A stretch of DNA of 64,000 nucleotides from Bacteroidota bacterium (GTDB taxonomy: Bacteria > Bacteroidota > Bacteroidia > Bacteroidales > Dysgonomonadaceae). Under the pieces are notes generated by a model. It saw nothing but the letters and a program-made list of their open reading frames with translations. It was not told the DNA's origin and ran no database searches. The stretch lies in contig JAEWGM010000044.1 in NCBI GenBank assembly GCA_023388315.1, positions 46,117 through 110,116 of the forward strand. Direction: 5' to 3'. Made by a program: the position numbers and the translations under genes. Numbering within the stretch: the first letter of the stretch is position 1; the number at the start of each line of letters is the position of its first letter. Positions 55,991 through 64,000 of this stretch are shown one piece after another.

Positions 55991-56620
55991 TCAAATCTGC
56001 TTTACTTTCCTAAAACTACAAAAAATAAAATTTTGAACAGCGCCCGAGGGTGTTATATGGTCAACCGTGATGCATTTTATTTTTTCAAAAAACTTTTTTA
56101 GCCGATTGCTCATTGTTTTTTCCGAGTACTGTTTAATTTCAATTCCGCTACACTGTTTAGGCCCTTTCTCCGAAAAAGTTCCGATAACTAAAACTCCCGC
56201 CGGGTTCAAACTTTGGTAGGCTGTTGTTATATAATTCGCAATTTCATTTTCATCTGTGAGAAAGTGAAACGCTGCGCGATCGTGCCAAAAGTCGTATTTC
56301 TCGGTTGGTTTGAAGGTCGTTACGTCAGCTACAATCCATTTTATTTTTTCGGCTTTTTCGCCAAGGCGTCGTTTTGCTCGGGCGATGGCCGCAGTTGAGA
56401 TATCGAGGACAGTGATATCCTGATATCCCAACTCCAGTAAATGGTCAACCAAAAAACTGTCGCCTCCGCCCACATCAATTACTTTCGCCGTGGTTGGCAC
56501 ATTGAGTTCCTTAAGGAAATTCAGGGAAGTTTGCGGTGTTGGTTGATACCAGCTCACATCTTTTAACTCCTTGGTTTGATAAATGCTTTCCCAATGTTTT
56601 TTGCGATCAAAATTTTGCAT
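55991..56620 (-). CDS. class I SAM-dependent methyltransferase (substrate unknown)
   Basis: VIDVGGGDSFLVDHLLELGYQDITVLDIS is SAM motif I/II. 209 aa. Confidence 0.75.
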   Translation of the reverse strand: MQNFDRKKHWESIYQTKELKDVSWYQPTPQTSLNFLKELNVPTTAKVIDVGGGDSFLVDHLLELGYQDITVLDISTAAIARAKRRLGEKAEKIKWIVADVTTFKPTEKYDFWHDRAAFHFLTDENEIANYITTAYQSLNPAGVLVIGTFSEKGPKQCSGIEIKQYSEKTMSNRLKKFFEKIKCITVDHITPSGAVQNFIFCSFRKVKQI

Positions 56621-56686
56621 ATTTCCTTTAGGTTGATGTTGCGTCGAGGCGATTCTTCTTATTTTAGTGTTAACCCAAATAAAATT

Positions 56687-56992
56687 CTACAACTCTTTCG
56701 CCAATTGTTTCAATAATTTTATCTTTTGTTCGTAAAATTCTTGTGAAACAATCCAGATGGGGTCTTCACCGGCAGATTCGTAATATTCGGTGCCGGTAAG
56801 GTTTTCGTGAAGCGTATCCCTGTCTTCAAGCCAATCTTCCGAATGATAAAATTCTTCCAGCGTTTTGATGTTTTTGGAGATTTCTCTCAATCGACTTCGG
56901 AATTTCACCATTTCTTTTAAATCTTTTTTAGCCTGCTCTAAATGCTCGTCCATTACGCTAAATTCTTTCTTAATGTCTTCAATCTTTTTCAT
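56687..56992 (-). CDS. DUF4298-like coiled-coil protein
   Basis: 101 aa from the internal Met (MKKIEDIKKEF..). The longer track ORF would overlap the upstream transporter gene. The YHSEDWLEDRD .. SAGEDPIW pattern resembles DUF4298. Confidence 0.55.
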   Translation of the reverse strand: MKKIEDIKKEFSVMDEHLEQAKKDLKEMVKFRSRLREISKNIKTLEEFYHSEDWLEDRDTLHENLTGTEYYESAGEDPIWIVSQEFYEQKIKLLKQLAKEL

Positions 56993-57017
56993 AATCAAGT
57001 TGTTTAAAATAAGTGTT

Positions 57018-58214
57018 TTATAACTCCAATAAAGCGGTTTTATCTTTTTCATTCTTTCCTGCAATCTTATCCATCACCACGGCAATGGCGCCATCGCCGG
57101 TAACGTTGCACGCCGTGCCAAAACTATCAATGGCAATGTACACGGTAATCATCATTCCCAAAAGCTGTTCGTTGAAGCCCAGCATGCTTTGTATGACGCC
57201 TACGGCCGCCATAATGGCGCCACCCGGCACACCCGGCGCGGCAATCATAGTAATGCCCAGCATAAAGATGAATCCGGCAAACTGTACAAAATCAATGGGC
57301 AACCCGCTGAAATACATAAATGCCAATGAAAATGCCACAATCTTCATAGTGCTTCCCGCCAAATGAATGGTGGCGCACAGCGGAACCACAAACGAAGCGA
57401 TGGATGTTCTTACACCGTTCTTCACCGCGCAATCCAGCGTTACCGGAATAGTGGCCGCCGAAGACGAGGTGCCCAGCGCTGTGGCGTATGCCGGAAGCAT
57501 GGTTTTGAGCAACTTCAGCGGATTTTTCTTCGCGATGGTTCCCGCGATAAAAAACTGCAACAGAAGCAACAAAATATGAAGCGCGAAAACCACTAAAATC
57601 ACTTTCAAAAACAGCATAACCACGGAATAAACCTGCCCACTCACGGCCATATTCAGAAACATGCCGAAAATATAAATCGGCAACAGCGGAATAATCACCG
57701 AGGCGATAATGCGTGTGATGATTGCGTGAAAATCGCGAAACGCCTTTCGCAGCGCGTTGCCTTTTATCAATGAAAGCCCAATACCCACACAAAACGAAAA
57801 AATAAGTGCCGACATCACTTCCAGCACCGGTGGCATGGCAACACTGAAATAAGGTGCCAAAATAGCGTCGGTTGCACTGCCGTCGGCATTGGGCAGCGAG
57901 CTGCCGCCTATGACGAAAGGAAACGTGGCTTGGCACGAAAAATAGGTGAAAAAACCGGAAAATAACGTACTGCCATAGGCAATAAGAGCGGTGGTTAACA
58001 GCAATTTACCAGCGCCTTTTCCCAATTCACCAATGGCGGGCGTAACCAGTCCCACAATAATAAGCGGAATAATAAAACTGAGAAAATTGCTGAACAGGCC
58101 ATTAAACGTCACAAACACCCGTGTGAGCCACAGCGGCATCACCTGCCCCAGCAAAATGCCAAGCACAATGGCCGTGGCAACGCGCGCCAGCAATGGGAAT
58201 TTTTGTTTTTTCAT
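57018..58214 (-). CDS. dicarboxylate/amino acid:cation symporter (SstT-like serine/threonine transporter)
   Basis: 398 aa polytopic protein. ..ATALGTSSSAATIPVT.. and ..GDGAIAVVMDK.. are typical of the DAACS family. Confidence 0.8.
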   Translation of the reverse strand: MKKQKFPLLARVATAIVLGILLGQVMPLWLTRVFVTFNGLFSNFLSFIIPLIIVGLVTPAIGELGKGAGKLLLTTALIAYGSTLFSGFFTYFSCQATFPFVIGGSSLPNADGSATDAILAPYFSVAMPPVLEVMSALIFSFCVGIGLSLIKGNALRKAFRDFHAIITRIIASVIIPLLPIYIFGMFLNMAVSGQVYSVVMLFLKVILVVFALHILLLLLQFFIAGTIAKKNPLKLLKTMLPAYATALGTSSSAATIPVTLDCAVKNGVRTSIASFVVPLCATIHLAGSTMKIVAFSLAFMYFSGLPIDFVQFAGFIFMLGITMIAAPGVPGGAIMAAVGVIQSMLGFNEQLLGMMITVYIAIDSFGTACNVTGDGAIAVVMDKIAGKNEKDKTALLEL

Positions 58215-58234
58215 TCAACGAAAAGATTAAAAAG

Positions 58235-58242
58235 CAAATGTA
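58235..58242 (-). promoter_or_regulatory. -7 promoter box (TACATTTG on minus strand) for the symporter gene
   Basis: CAAATGTA on the plus strand, about 21 nt upstream of the ATG at 58214. Confidence 0.4.
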
Positions 58243-58373
58243 CAAAAAGAAAATGTCAAATAAGGGCATCGCGTAGGTTTTTTCGTTACGGGAAAAGCGG
58301 ATTTTTGCTCGCCGGAATACCCGTTTTTACCGAAAACAAATAATCTTGCAATGAGCATCCAAAATAATTTGCG

Positions 58374-58381
58374 TACATTTG
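58374..58381 (+). promoter_or_regulatory. -7 promoter box (TACATTTG) for the DUF5063-exonuclease-rlmI operon
   Basis: Lies 21 nt upstream of ATG 58402 and downstream of the alternative ATG 58351, so it favours 58402. Confidence 0.45.
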
Positions 58382-58401
58382 CGGAGACAAATAAAATTGC
58401 A

Positions 58402-58971
58402 ATGAGTAAACAAACAGAAACCATATATTCATCCCCGGTCATTGATTTTGTGACTGTTGCCGTGGAATTTTGCGCTTTTTTGGAACAGGAAGAGGCGGTG
58501 TCGCGGGATGCATGGATAGACAAAATGCTGAAAATACTGCCATTAATGTATGTAAAGGCATTGCTGCTTCCCGAAGTGGTACAACTAAACGATGAGTTGA
58601 CGGAGACTTTCGTAAAAGAAGCCGATTACGCTCGTGTAGCCGCTTCGGTGGCTGATGTGATGGGCGAAGACGATGTGTATTTAGACACTTTTATGGAAGA
58701 GATGAAATACAGCGACACGCCCGTTTCGGCATTCGTATCGGAAAATATTGCCGATATTTATCAAGATATCAGAAACTTCGTATCCGTGTATCAGTATGGG
58801 CTTGAAGAGCAAATGAACGACGCCTTGGTTTCCTGCGTTGAAAATTTTCGTGCCTATTGGGGCCAAAAACTCGTGAACGTGTTGCGCCCCTTGCACAGCA
58901 TAGCATATCGTGGCGGTATTCACGATTTTTCGGAGGAGGATTATAATACAGAGGAGGATTTGTGGGATTAA
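58402..58971 (+). CDS. DUF5063 domain-containing protein
   Basis: 189 aa. SPVIDFVTVAVEFCAFLE and ADIYQDIRNF .. FRAYWGQKLVNVLRPLH resemble DUF5063. The start is uncertain (58351 or 58402). Confidence 0.6.
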   Translation: MSKQTETIYSSPVIDFVTVAVEFCAFLEQEEAVSRDAWIDKMLKILPLMYVKALLLPEVVQLNDELTETFVKEADYARVAASVADVMGEDDVYLDTFMEEMKYSDTPVSAFVSENIADIYQDIRNFVSVYQYGLEEQMNDALVSCVENFRAYWGQKLVNVLRPLHSIAYRGGIHDFSEEDYNTEEDLWD

Positions 58972-59546
58972 CAATTACAAAACAAGAGATTGCCGAACTA
59001 CCCATTGAAGTGTTCAAAGGAAAAATTGTGGTGGTTGACCATCCACGGAAGATTGACAAAGCCATTGCCTATTTGAACGCTCAAACAGAAATAGGGTTCG
59101 ATACCGAAACCAAACCTTCGTTTAGGCGAGGTGAGGTACACAAAGTGGCGCTAATGCAGCTTTCCACGGAAAATACGTGTTTTCTTTTCCGGTTAAACAA
59201 GATTGGGTTTCCCGATGAATTGGAAGATATTCTGTGCAACCCCAATATCAAAAAAATCGGGCTTTCGCTTCGCGACGATTTCGCCGCCATCAGTAAACGC
59301 TCAGACCGCACTCCCGAAAATTTTCTCGATCTTCAAGTGTTTGTCCATGAATTTGGTATTGAAGATAACAGCCTCCAAAAAATTTACGCCATTCTTTTCG
59401 GAAAGAAAATATCAAAAAGCCAACGTGTTTCCAATTGGGAAGCTAACATGCTGAGTCCCGCGCAGAAATCGTATGCCGCCATTGACGCTTGGGCCTGTTT
59501 GAAAATCTATCATTATTTAAACAATTTGCCGAATGAGCCGCTATAG
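58962..59546 (+). CDS. 3'-5' exonuclease (DnaQ-like / RNase D-type domain)
   Basis: IGFDTETKPSF (ExoI), LSLRDDF and YAAIDAWACL (ExoIII) motifs. GTG start overlaps the previous stop. Confidence 0.8.
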   Translation: MGLTITKQEIAELPIEVFKGKIVVVDHPRKIDKAIAYLNAQTEIGFDTETKPSFRRGEVHKVALMQLSTENTCFLFRLNKIGFPDELEDILCNPNIKKIGLSLRDDFAAISKRSDRTPENFLDLQVFVHEFGIEDNSLQKIYAILFGKKISKSQRVSNWEANMLSPAQKSYAAIDAWACLKIYHYLNNLPNEPL

Positions 59547-60726
59547 AGAAATAACGCTTCGCCCCAAAAAAGAAGAATCGTTAAAACGGTTTCACCCGTG
59601 GGTGTTTTCGGGTGCTATCGCGCATAAACCCGCACATGTGCGGGAAGGCGAAGTGGTTCGTTTACTTTCTTCCAACGGAACATTTCTGGGCATCGGACAC
59701 TACCAAATCGGCAGCATTGCCGTGCGCATTTTATCTTTCCGGGATGAAGAAATTAACCAAGTTTTCTACGAAAAACGGTTGCTCGAAGCCTATAAAATGC
59801 GCACGGCAATGCGTCTTGTCCGCCCCGATAACAACACGTTTCGCCTCGTGCACGGCGAGGGAGACAATTTGCCGGGATTAATTATTGATATTTACGGCAA
59901 TACGGCCGTTGTGCAAGCACATTCCGTGGGAATGCACGAAGACCGGCATTTGTTGGTGAATGCACTGCAAAAAGTGTTGTCTGCTGACGGGTTGCAAAAC
60001 ATTTTCTATAAATCGGAAGGCACGTTGCCTTTCAAAGCCGATATTGACCCGCAGGACGGTTATTTGTTGGGTGGAGATCATGTTGATGCCGTTGCGGTAG
60101 AGAACGGATTTAAATTCCATATCGATTGGTTGAAAGGCCAAAAAACTGGTTTTTTTGTGGATCAGCGCGAAAATCGTAAACTCTTGAAGGATTATGCTGA
60201 AAACCGAAATGTGCTCAACATGTTTTGTTACACCGGGGGCTTTTCGGTATATGCATTACGTGGCGGTGCCCGTAAAGTTGATTCGGTGGACAGTTCCGCA
60301 AAAGCGATGGACATTACCGATGCGAACATAGAAAACAACTTCGGCAACGATGCTCGCCACACCTCGTTTTCCGACGACGCGTTTAAATTTCTGAAACAAA
60401 CGGAGAAAGCCGCGTACGATTTAATTATCCTCGACCCACCGGCGTTTGCCAAGCATCGCGGCGCCGTAAACAACGCTTTGCAAGGATACAAGAAACTCAA
60501 TTTGGCTGCCATTGAAAAAATTGCGCAAGGCGGCATCCTGTTCACTTTTTCCTGTTCACAAGTTATCAGCAAAGAACAATTTCGGCTCGCGGTGTTCAGC
60601 GCGGCAGCCATATCGGGCAGGAAAGTGCGCATCTTGCACCAACTCACCCAGCCGGCCGACCACCCGGTAAACATTTATCATCCCGAAGGAGAATACCTCA
60701 AAGGGTTGGTCTTATATGTTGAATAA
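59533..60726 (+). CDS. rlmI: class I SAM-dependent rRNA methyltransferase (RlmI/RlmK-like, PUA + MTase)
   Basis: RFHPWVFSGAI N-terminus, QKTGFFVDQRENR, and DLIILDPPAFAK motif IV. Confidence 0.85.
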   Translation: MSRYREITLRPKKEESLKRFHPWVFSGAIAHKPAHVREGEVVRLLSSNGTFLGIGHYQIGSIAVRILSFRDEEINQVFYEKRLLEAYKMRTAMRLVRPDNNTFRLVHGEGDNLPGLIIDIYGNTAVVQAHSVGMHEDRHLLVNALQKVLSADGLQNIFYKSEGTLPFKADIDPQDGYLLGGDHVDAVAVENGFKFHIDWLKGQKTGFFVDQRENRKLLKDYAENRNVLNMFCYTGGFSVYALRGGARKVDSVDSSAKAMDITDANIENNFGNDARHTSFSDDAFKFLKQTEKAAYDLIILDPPAFAKHRGAVNNALQGYKKLNLAAIEKIAQGGILFTFSCSQVISKEQFRLAVFSAAAISGRKVRILHQLTQPADHPVNIYHPEGEYLKGLVLYVE

Positions 60727-60833
60727 GTGTAAAAATACCTTTAATTGGGTTCTTCAACCCCATTTTATGGTTAAATTACGCAAAAAACGCGATATTTATG
60801 CTCGAAAGCTATGTTTTATAACATAAAATCGCC

Positions 60834-60841
60834 TATATTTG
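60834..60841 (+). promoter_or_regulatory. -7 promoter box (TATATTTG) with no adjacent ORF
   Basis: Followed about 45 nt later by a strong terminator hairpin. Confidence 0.35.
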
Positions 60842-60847
60842 CAACGT

Positions 60848-60918
60848 GTTTTTCATGGTATTAGATTTAAGGTTAACAATGAAGATTGGTTGTCGTGAGA
60901 CAACCTTTCCTTTTTTAT
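60848..60918 (+). ncRNA. candidate ~70-nt small RNA or attenuated leader (promoter box + GNRA-loop terminator)
   Basis: GGTTGTC GTGA GACAACC hairpin (60888-60905) followed by TTTCCTTTTTT. No convincing ORF. Confidence 0.25.
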
Positions 60919-61019
60919 ATACCTTTCGTTCCTCAAAACAGACCTTTTGAATTTAAATTCCTTTTCTTTCATTTAGCAAAATATAATTCTTTCCATAGCT
61001 GAATTGCCCTCTTTATTGT

Positions 61020-61027
61020 TATTTTTG
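61020..61027 (+). promoter_or_regulatory. -7 promoter box (TATTTTTG) for the GSCFA gene
   Basis: 17 nt upstream of ATG 61044. Confidence 0.4.
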
Positions 61028-61043
61028 TAAATAAAATAAAGCA

Positions 61044-62033
61044 ATGGAATTCAGAACACATATAGCCATTTCACCGCCCGATTTTTGCATTGATCATTCT
61101 ATGAGAATGATGCTTTTTGGCTCATGTTTTTCCGAACATATTGGAAGCAAATTGGCCGAAAACAAATTTCAGGTAGATGTGAATCCATTCGGGATTTTAT
61201 ATAACCCGATGTCTGTTTCCGCTGCATTAAAAAGAATTATCGCGAAAAATGCCATCACTATCAATGACTTGGTTCAGTATAACGAGCTTTATCACAGCTT
61301 AATGCATCACGGATCATTCTCTCATCCCGATAAATCGCTTTGTGTGGAAAATATTTCCCATCGGTTTGACGCTGCCACGCGTTCCATTCAACATACGGAC
61401 ATCTTTTTTGTTACGTTTGGTACGGCTTACGTGTATAAATGGAAGGAAACCGGGGAGATTGTGGGAAATTGCCACAAATTTCCGGCAGAACTTTTTTTAA
61501 GACATCGCGTTTCCGTGGATGAAATTGTTGAGGAATGGAAACCTCTCGTGGAAAAACTGCTTAAAATTAATCCAAACGCAAAGGTCATTTTCACGGTAAG
61601 CCCCATTAGACATTGGAAAGACGGCGCGCACGAAAATCAGCTAAGTAAATCCATTTTGCATTTGTCGATTGACGCTTTGCAACATATTTTTCCGGAGAAT
61701 GTGCTGTATTTTCCGGCATATGAGATTATATTGGATGAGTTGCGCGATTATCGCTTTTACGCTGAAGATATGATGCATCCTTCATCGGTGGCGGTAGATT
61801 ATGTGTGGGAACGCTTCTCCGAAACTTATTTTTCTGAAAGCACACGACTATTGATGAAAGAGTGGGGGAGGATAACTCAAGATTTGCGTCATCGGCCGCT
61901 GAATATGGAAACTACTTCGTATCGGTCTTTTTTGGAGCAAACCCGTCATAAACTACAGCGGTTTTCAACCAACTATCCTCAAATTAATTGCAACGATGAG
62001 TTGAAGAAACTCGAAACGTTGCTGAAAAATTAG
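61044..62033 (+). CDS. GSCFA domain-containing protein
   Basis: MMLFGSCFSEHIG carries the eponymous GSCF motif. 329 aa. Confidence 0.85.
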   Translation: MEFRTHIAISPPDFCIDHSMRMMLFGSCFSEHIGSKLAENKFQVDVNPFGILYNPMSVSAALKRIIAKNAITINDLVQYNELYHSLMHHGSFSHPDKSLCVENISHRFDAATRSIQHTDIFFVTFGTAYVYKWKETGEIVGNCHKFPAELFLRHRVSVDEIVEEWKPLVEKLLKINPNAKVIFTVSPIRHWKDGAHENQLSKSILHLSIDALQHIFPENVLYFPAYEIILDELRDYRFYAEDMMHPSSVAVDYVWERFSETYFSESTRLLMKEWGRITQDLRHRPLNMETTSYRSFLEQTRHKLQRFSTNYPQINCNDELKKLETLLKN

Positions 62034-62042
62034 ATTTTTGTT

Positions 62043-64000
62043 ATGACATATTCCATCGAAAAAATAAAAAAAATAATTGGGAGCCCATCCTCTTTGGCTT
62101 CTTCGGCTGAGATATCCATTCTGCTTACCGATAGCAGAAAACTATCGCAACCGGGTGAATCTTTGTTTTTTGCCATAGAAACCAAGAATAATGACGCACA
62201 CACCTTCATAACCGAGCTTTACGAGCGTGGCGTGCGGAATTTTGTTGTACGCAAAATGCTGCCGGAATGGCGAAATATGAGCGATGCTACGTTCCTCCAA
62301 GTGAAAAATCCGCTTCATGCCTTGCAAAAAGTTGCCGCTTTTCACAGAGAATCGTTTGATATTCCCGTTATCGGAATCACCGGAAGCAACGGTAAAACCG
62401 TAGTAAAAGAGTGGCTCTATCAATTGCTGGAAGCAGATTACAATATTACGCGCTCACCGCGAAGCTATAATTCGCAAATTGGCGTGCCGTTATCGGTTTG
62501 GGAGCTTGATGAGCAGACCCAACTGGGGATTTTCGAAGCCGGTATTTCCAAACCCGATGAAATGGAGTTGTTGGAGCCAATCATTAAACCTACGGTGGGG
62601 ATTCTCACAAAAATTGGAGAGGCTCACCAAGAGAATTTTGAAACATTGCAGCAGAAATGCATGGAAAAATTGGAGCTTTTTACCAATTGCGATGTGTTTA
62701 TTTACGATGAAGACAATGAACTGGTTAGCCGGTGCGTGGATTTAATGGTGCTTTCTCAAAAAACGTTTTCGTGGTCTAAGAAAAACCGTGACGCGCATCT
62801 GTATATTTCGCTCGTGGAGAAAAAAACTGATGTAACAATCATTCATTACTCCTTTTTGCATTTTGATTATTCGTTCTCCATCCCTTTCACTGACGATGCT
62901 TCCATAGAAAACGCCATTCATTGCTTGGCGGTTATGCTTTATTTGCACGTCACGCCGCAAACCATCGCTGCGCGAATGATGCAGTTGGAACCCGTGGCTA
63001 TGCGTTTGGATGTTCGGCAAGGGAAAAACAATTGCTTGATTATCAATGATACTTATAATTCAGACATTAATTCCATAAAAATAGCGTTAGATTTTCAACA
63101 ACAACGCAAAACGGGTGAGCAAATGCAGAAATCGCTCATCCTGTCTGATGTTCTTCAATCGGGAAAATTGGCGAAATCGCTTTACAAAAACATCGCCGAT
63201 ATGATTGACCAAAACAGCCTGCATCGGCTTATTGGTATTGGCCCGGACATTTCGGCGAACGCCGACGCGTTTCGGGTGAAAGAAAAGTATTTTTATAACT
63301 CTACCGATGAATTTATTCAATCCGGTATTTGGAAATCATTTAACAACGAGCTTGTTTTGCTAAAGGGTGCACGAAAATTTAATTTTGAAAAAATAAGTGC
63401 CCTTATCGAAGAACGTTTGCACGAAACAGTTATGGAGGTTGATTTGGACGCTGTTGTCCATAATTTCAACTTTTATAAATCGAAATTAGCCGCCGGCGTG
63501 AAACTTATTTGCATGGTAAAGGCAAACGGATACGGCGCAGGTGCTGTGGAAATAGCCAAAACGCTTCAATATCATCGGTGTGATTATTTGGCTGTTGCCG
63601 TGGCAGAGGAAGGCATCGCCCTTCGAGCCGAAGGGATTTCTATTCCCATCATCATTCTTAACCCCGAAGTGAATGGTTTTGAAGAATTGTTTTCTAATGA
63701 CCTGGAACCCGAAGTTTATAATTTCCGCATATTAGAAGCGTTTGTAAGAGAAGCGGAAAGAAGAGGATTGACCAATTATCCCGTTCATATAAAGATAGAT
63801 ACCGGTATGCATCGGTTGGGTTTTTTGCCCGAACAATTATCGGAATTAAACCAGCGATTGAAAAACCAAAAAGGGTTGAAGGTCAAATCGGTGTTTTCAC
63901 ATTTGTCGGCCAGCGAAAGTTGGACGTTCGACGATTTTACCAACGTGCAGATAGACGCGTTACATTCCGCTGCCGATACAATAGAATCGGAATTGGGTTA
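62043..64000 (+). CDS. bifunctional UDP-N-acetylmuramoyl-tripeptide--D-alanyl-D-alanine ligase / alanine racemase (MurF-Alr fusion), 3' end outside window
   Basis: Not in the ORF track because no stop is reached. My translation from ATG 62043 gives ..VIGITGSNGKTVVKEWL.. (Mur ligase P-loop) and later ..LICMVKANGYGAGAVEIA.. (alanine racemase PLP-lysine motif), in one frame with no stop. Confidence 0.85.
   Translation, partial: MTYSIEKIKKIIGSPSSLASSAEISILLTDSRKLSQPGESLFFAIETKNNDAHTFITELYERGVRNFVVRKMLPEWRNMSDATFLQVKNPLHALQKVAAFHRESFDIPVIGITGSNGKTVVKEWLYQLLEADYNITRSPRSYNSQIGVPLSVWELDEQTQLGIFEAGISKPDEMELLEPIIKPTVGILTKIGEAHQENFETLQQKCMEKLELFTNCDVFIYDEDNELVSRCVDLMVLSQKTFSWSKKNRDAHLYISLVEKKTDVTIIHYSFLHFDYSFSIPFTDDASIENAIHCLAVMLYLHVTPQTIAARMMQLEPVAMRLDVRQGKNNCLIINDTYNSDINSIKIALDFQQQRKTGEQMQKSLILSDVLQSGKLAKSLYKNIADMIDQNSLHRLIGIGPDISANADAFRVKEKYFYNSTDEFIQSGIWKSFNNELVLLKGARKFNFEKISALIEERLHETVMEVDLDAVVHNFNFYKSKLAAGVKLICMVKANGYGAGAVEIAKTLQYHRCDYLAVAVAEEGIALRAEGISIPIIILNPEVNGFEELFSNDLEPEVYNFRILEAFVREAERRGLTNYPVHIKIDTGMHRLGFLPEQLSELNQRLKNQKGLKVKSVFSHLSASESWTFDDFTNVQIDALHSAADTIESELG

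Noticed and set aside
1-64000. Search by eye for tRNA, rRNA, tmRNA, RNase P, SRP RNA, riboswitches, transposases, integrases and cas genes
   Set aside because: I found no GGTTCGAATCC-type T-arms in intergenic DNA, no rRNA-like stretches, no conserved riboswitch cores upstream of the obvious candidates (meaB, nifJ, pheT), and no DDE or tyrosine-recombinase ORFs. The absence is by inspection only and should be confirmed with tRNAscan-SE, Infernal and ISfinder.

Overview
This 64-kb segment reads as a Bacteroidota chromosome. The evidence is the porP/sprF + gldK-L-M-N type IX secretion/gliding genes, TAnnTTTG -7 promoter boxes, and the DUF1573, DUF4834 and DUF5063 families. nifJ hints at an anaerobic or facultative lifestyle. 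There are about 55 protein genes, mostly housekeeping: pheT, pgk, ansA, nifJ, aroQ, pyk, rbfA, ugd, pssA-psd, murI, rimP-nusA-infB, and a murF-alr fusion running off the 3' end. Four functional clusters stand out: (1) a GH15 / mscS / otsAB trehalose-osmotic cluster; (2) porP-gldKLMN; (3) an alpha-oxoamine-synthase + thrC-like + SDR trio that matches the recently described sulfonolipid (capnine) pathway; (4) a small accessory island next to rimP, made of an adenine methylase, an uncharacterised 212-aa PD-(D/E)XK-like protein, HigBA and a SAM methyltransferase. There are two further TA loci: an intact vapBC and a decayed parDE. I recognised no rRNA, tRNA, CRISPR, transposase or integrase. The most unusual property at DNA level is how densely the intergenic DNA is colonised by small structured repeats: a ~150-bp TIR-bounded MITE in 3 copies; triple GNRA-hairpin modules; a 93-bp near-identical direct repeat pair; a 148-bp TIR element; and degenerate heptanucleotide tracts abutting stop codons, one inverted pair of which brackets a four-helix-bundle gene like an intervening sequence. 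I did not find a large multi-gene system of wholly unknown function. The best novelty candidates are flagged with modest scores. All homology statements come from reading the translations, not from database searches.
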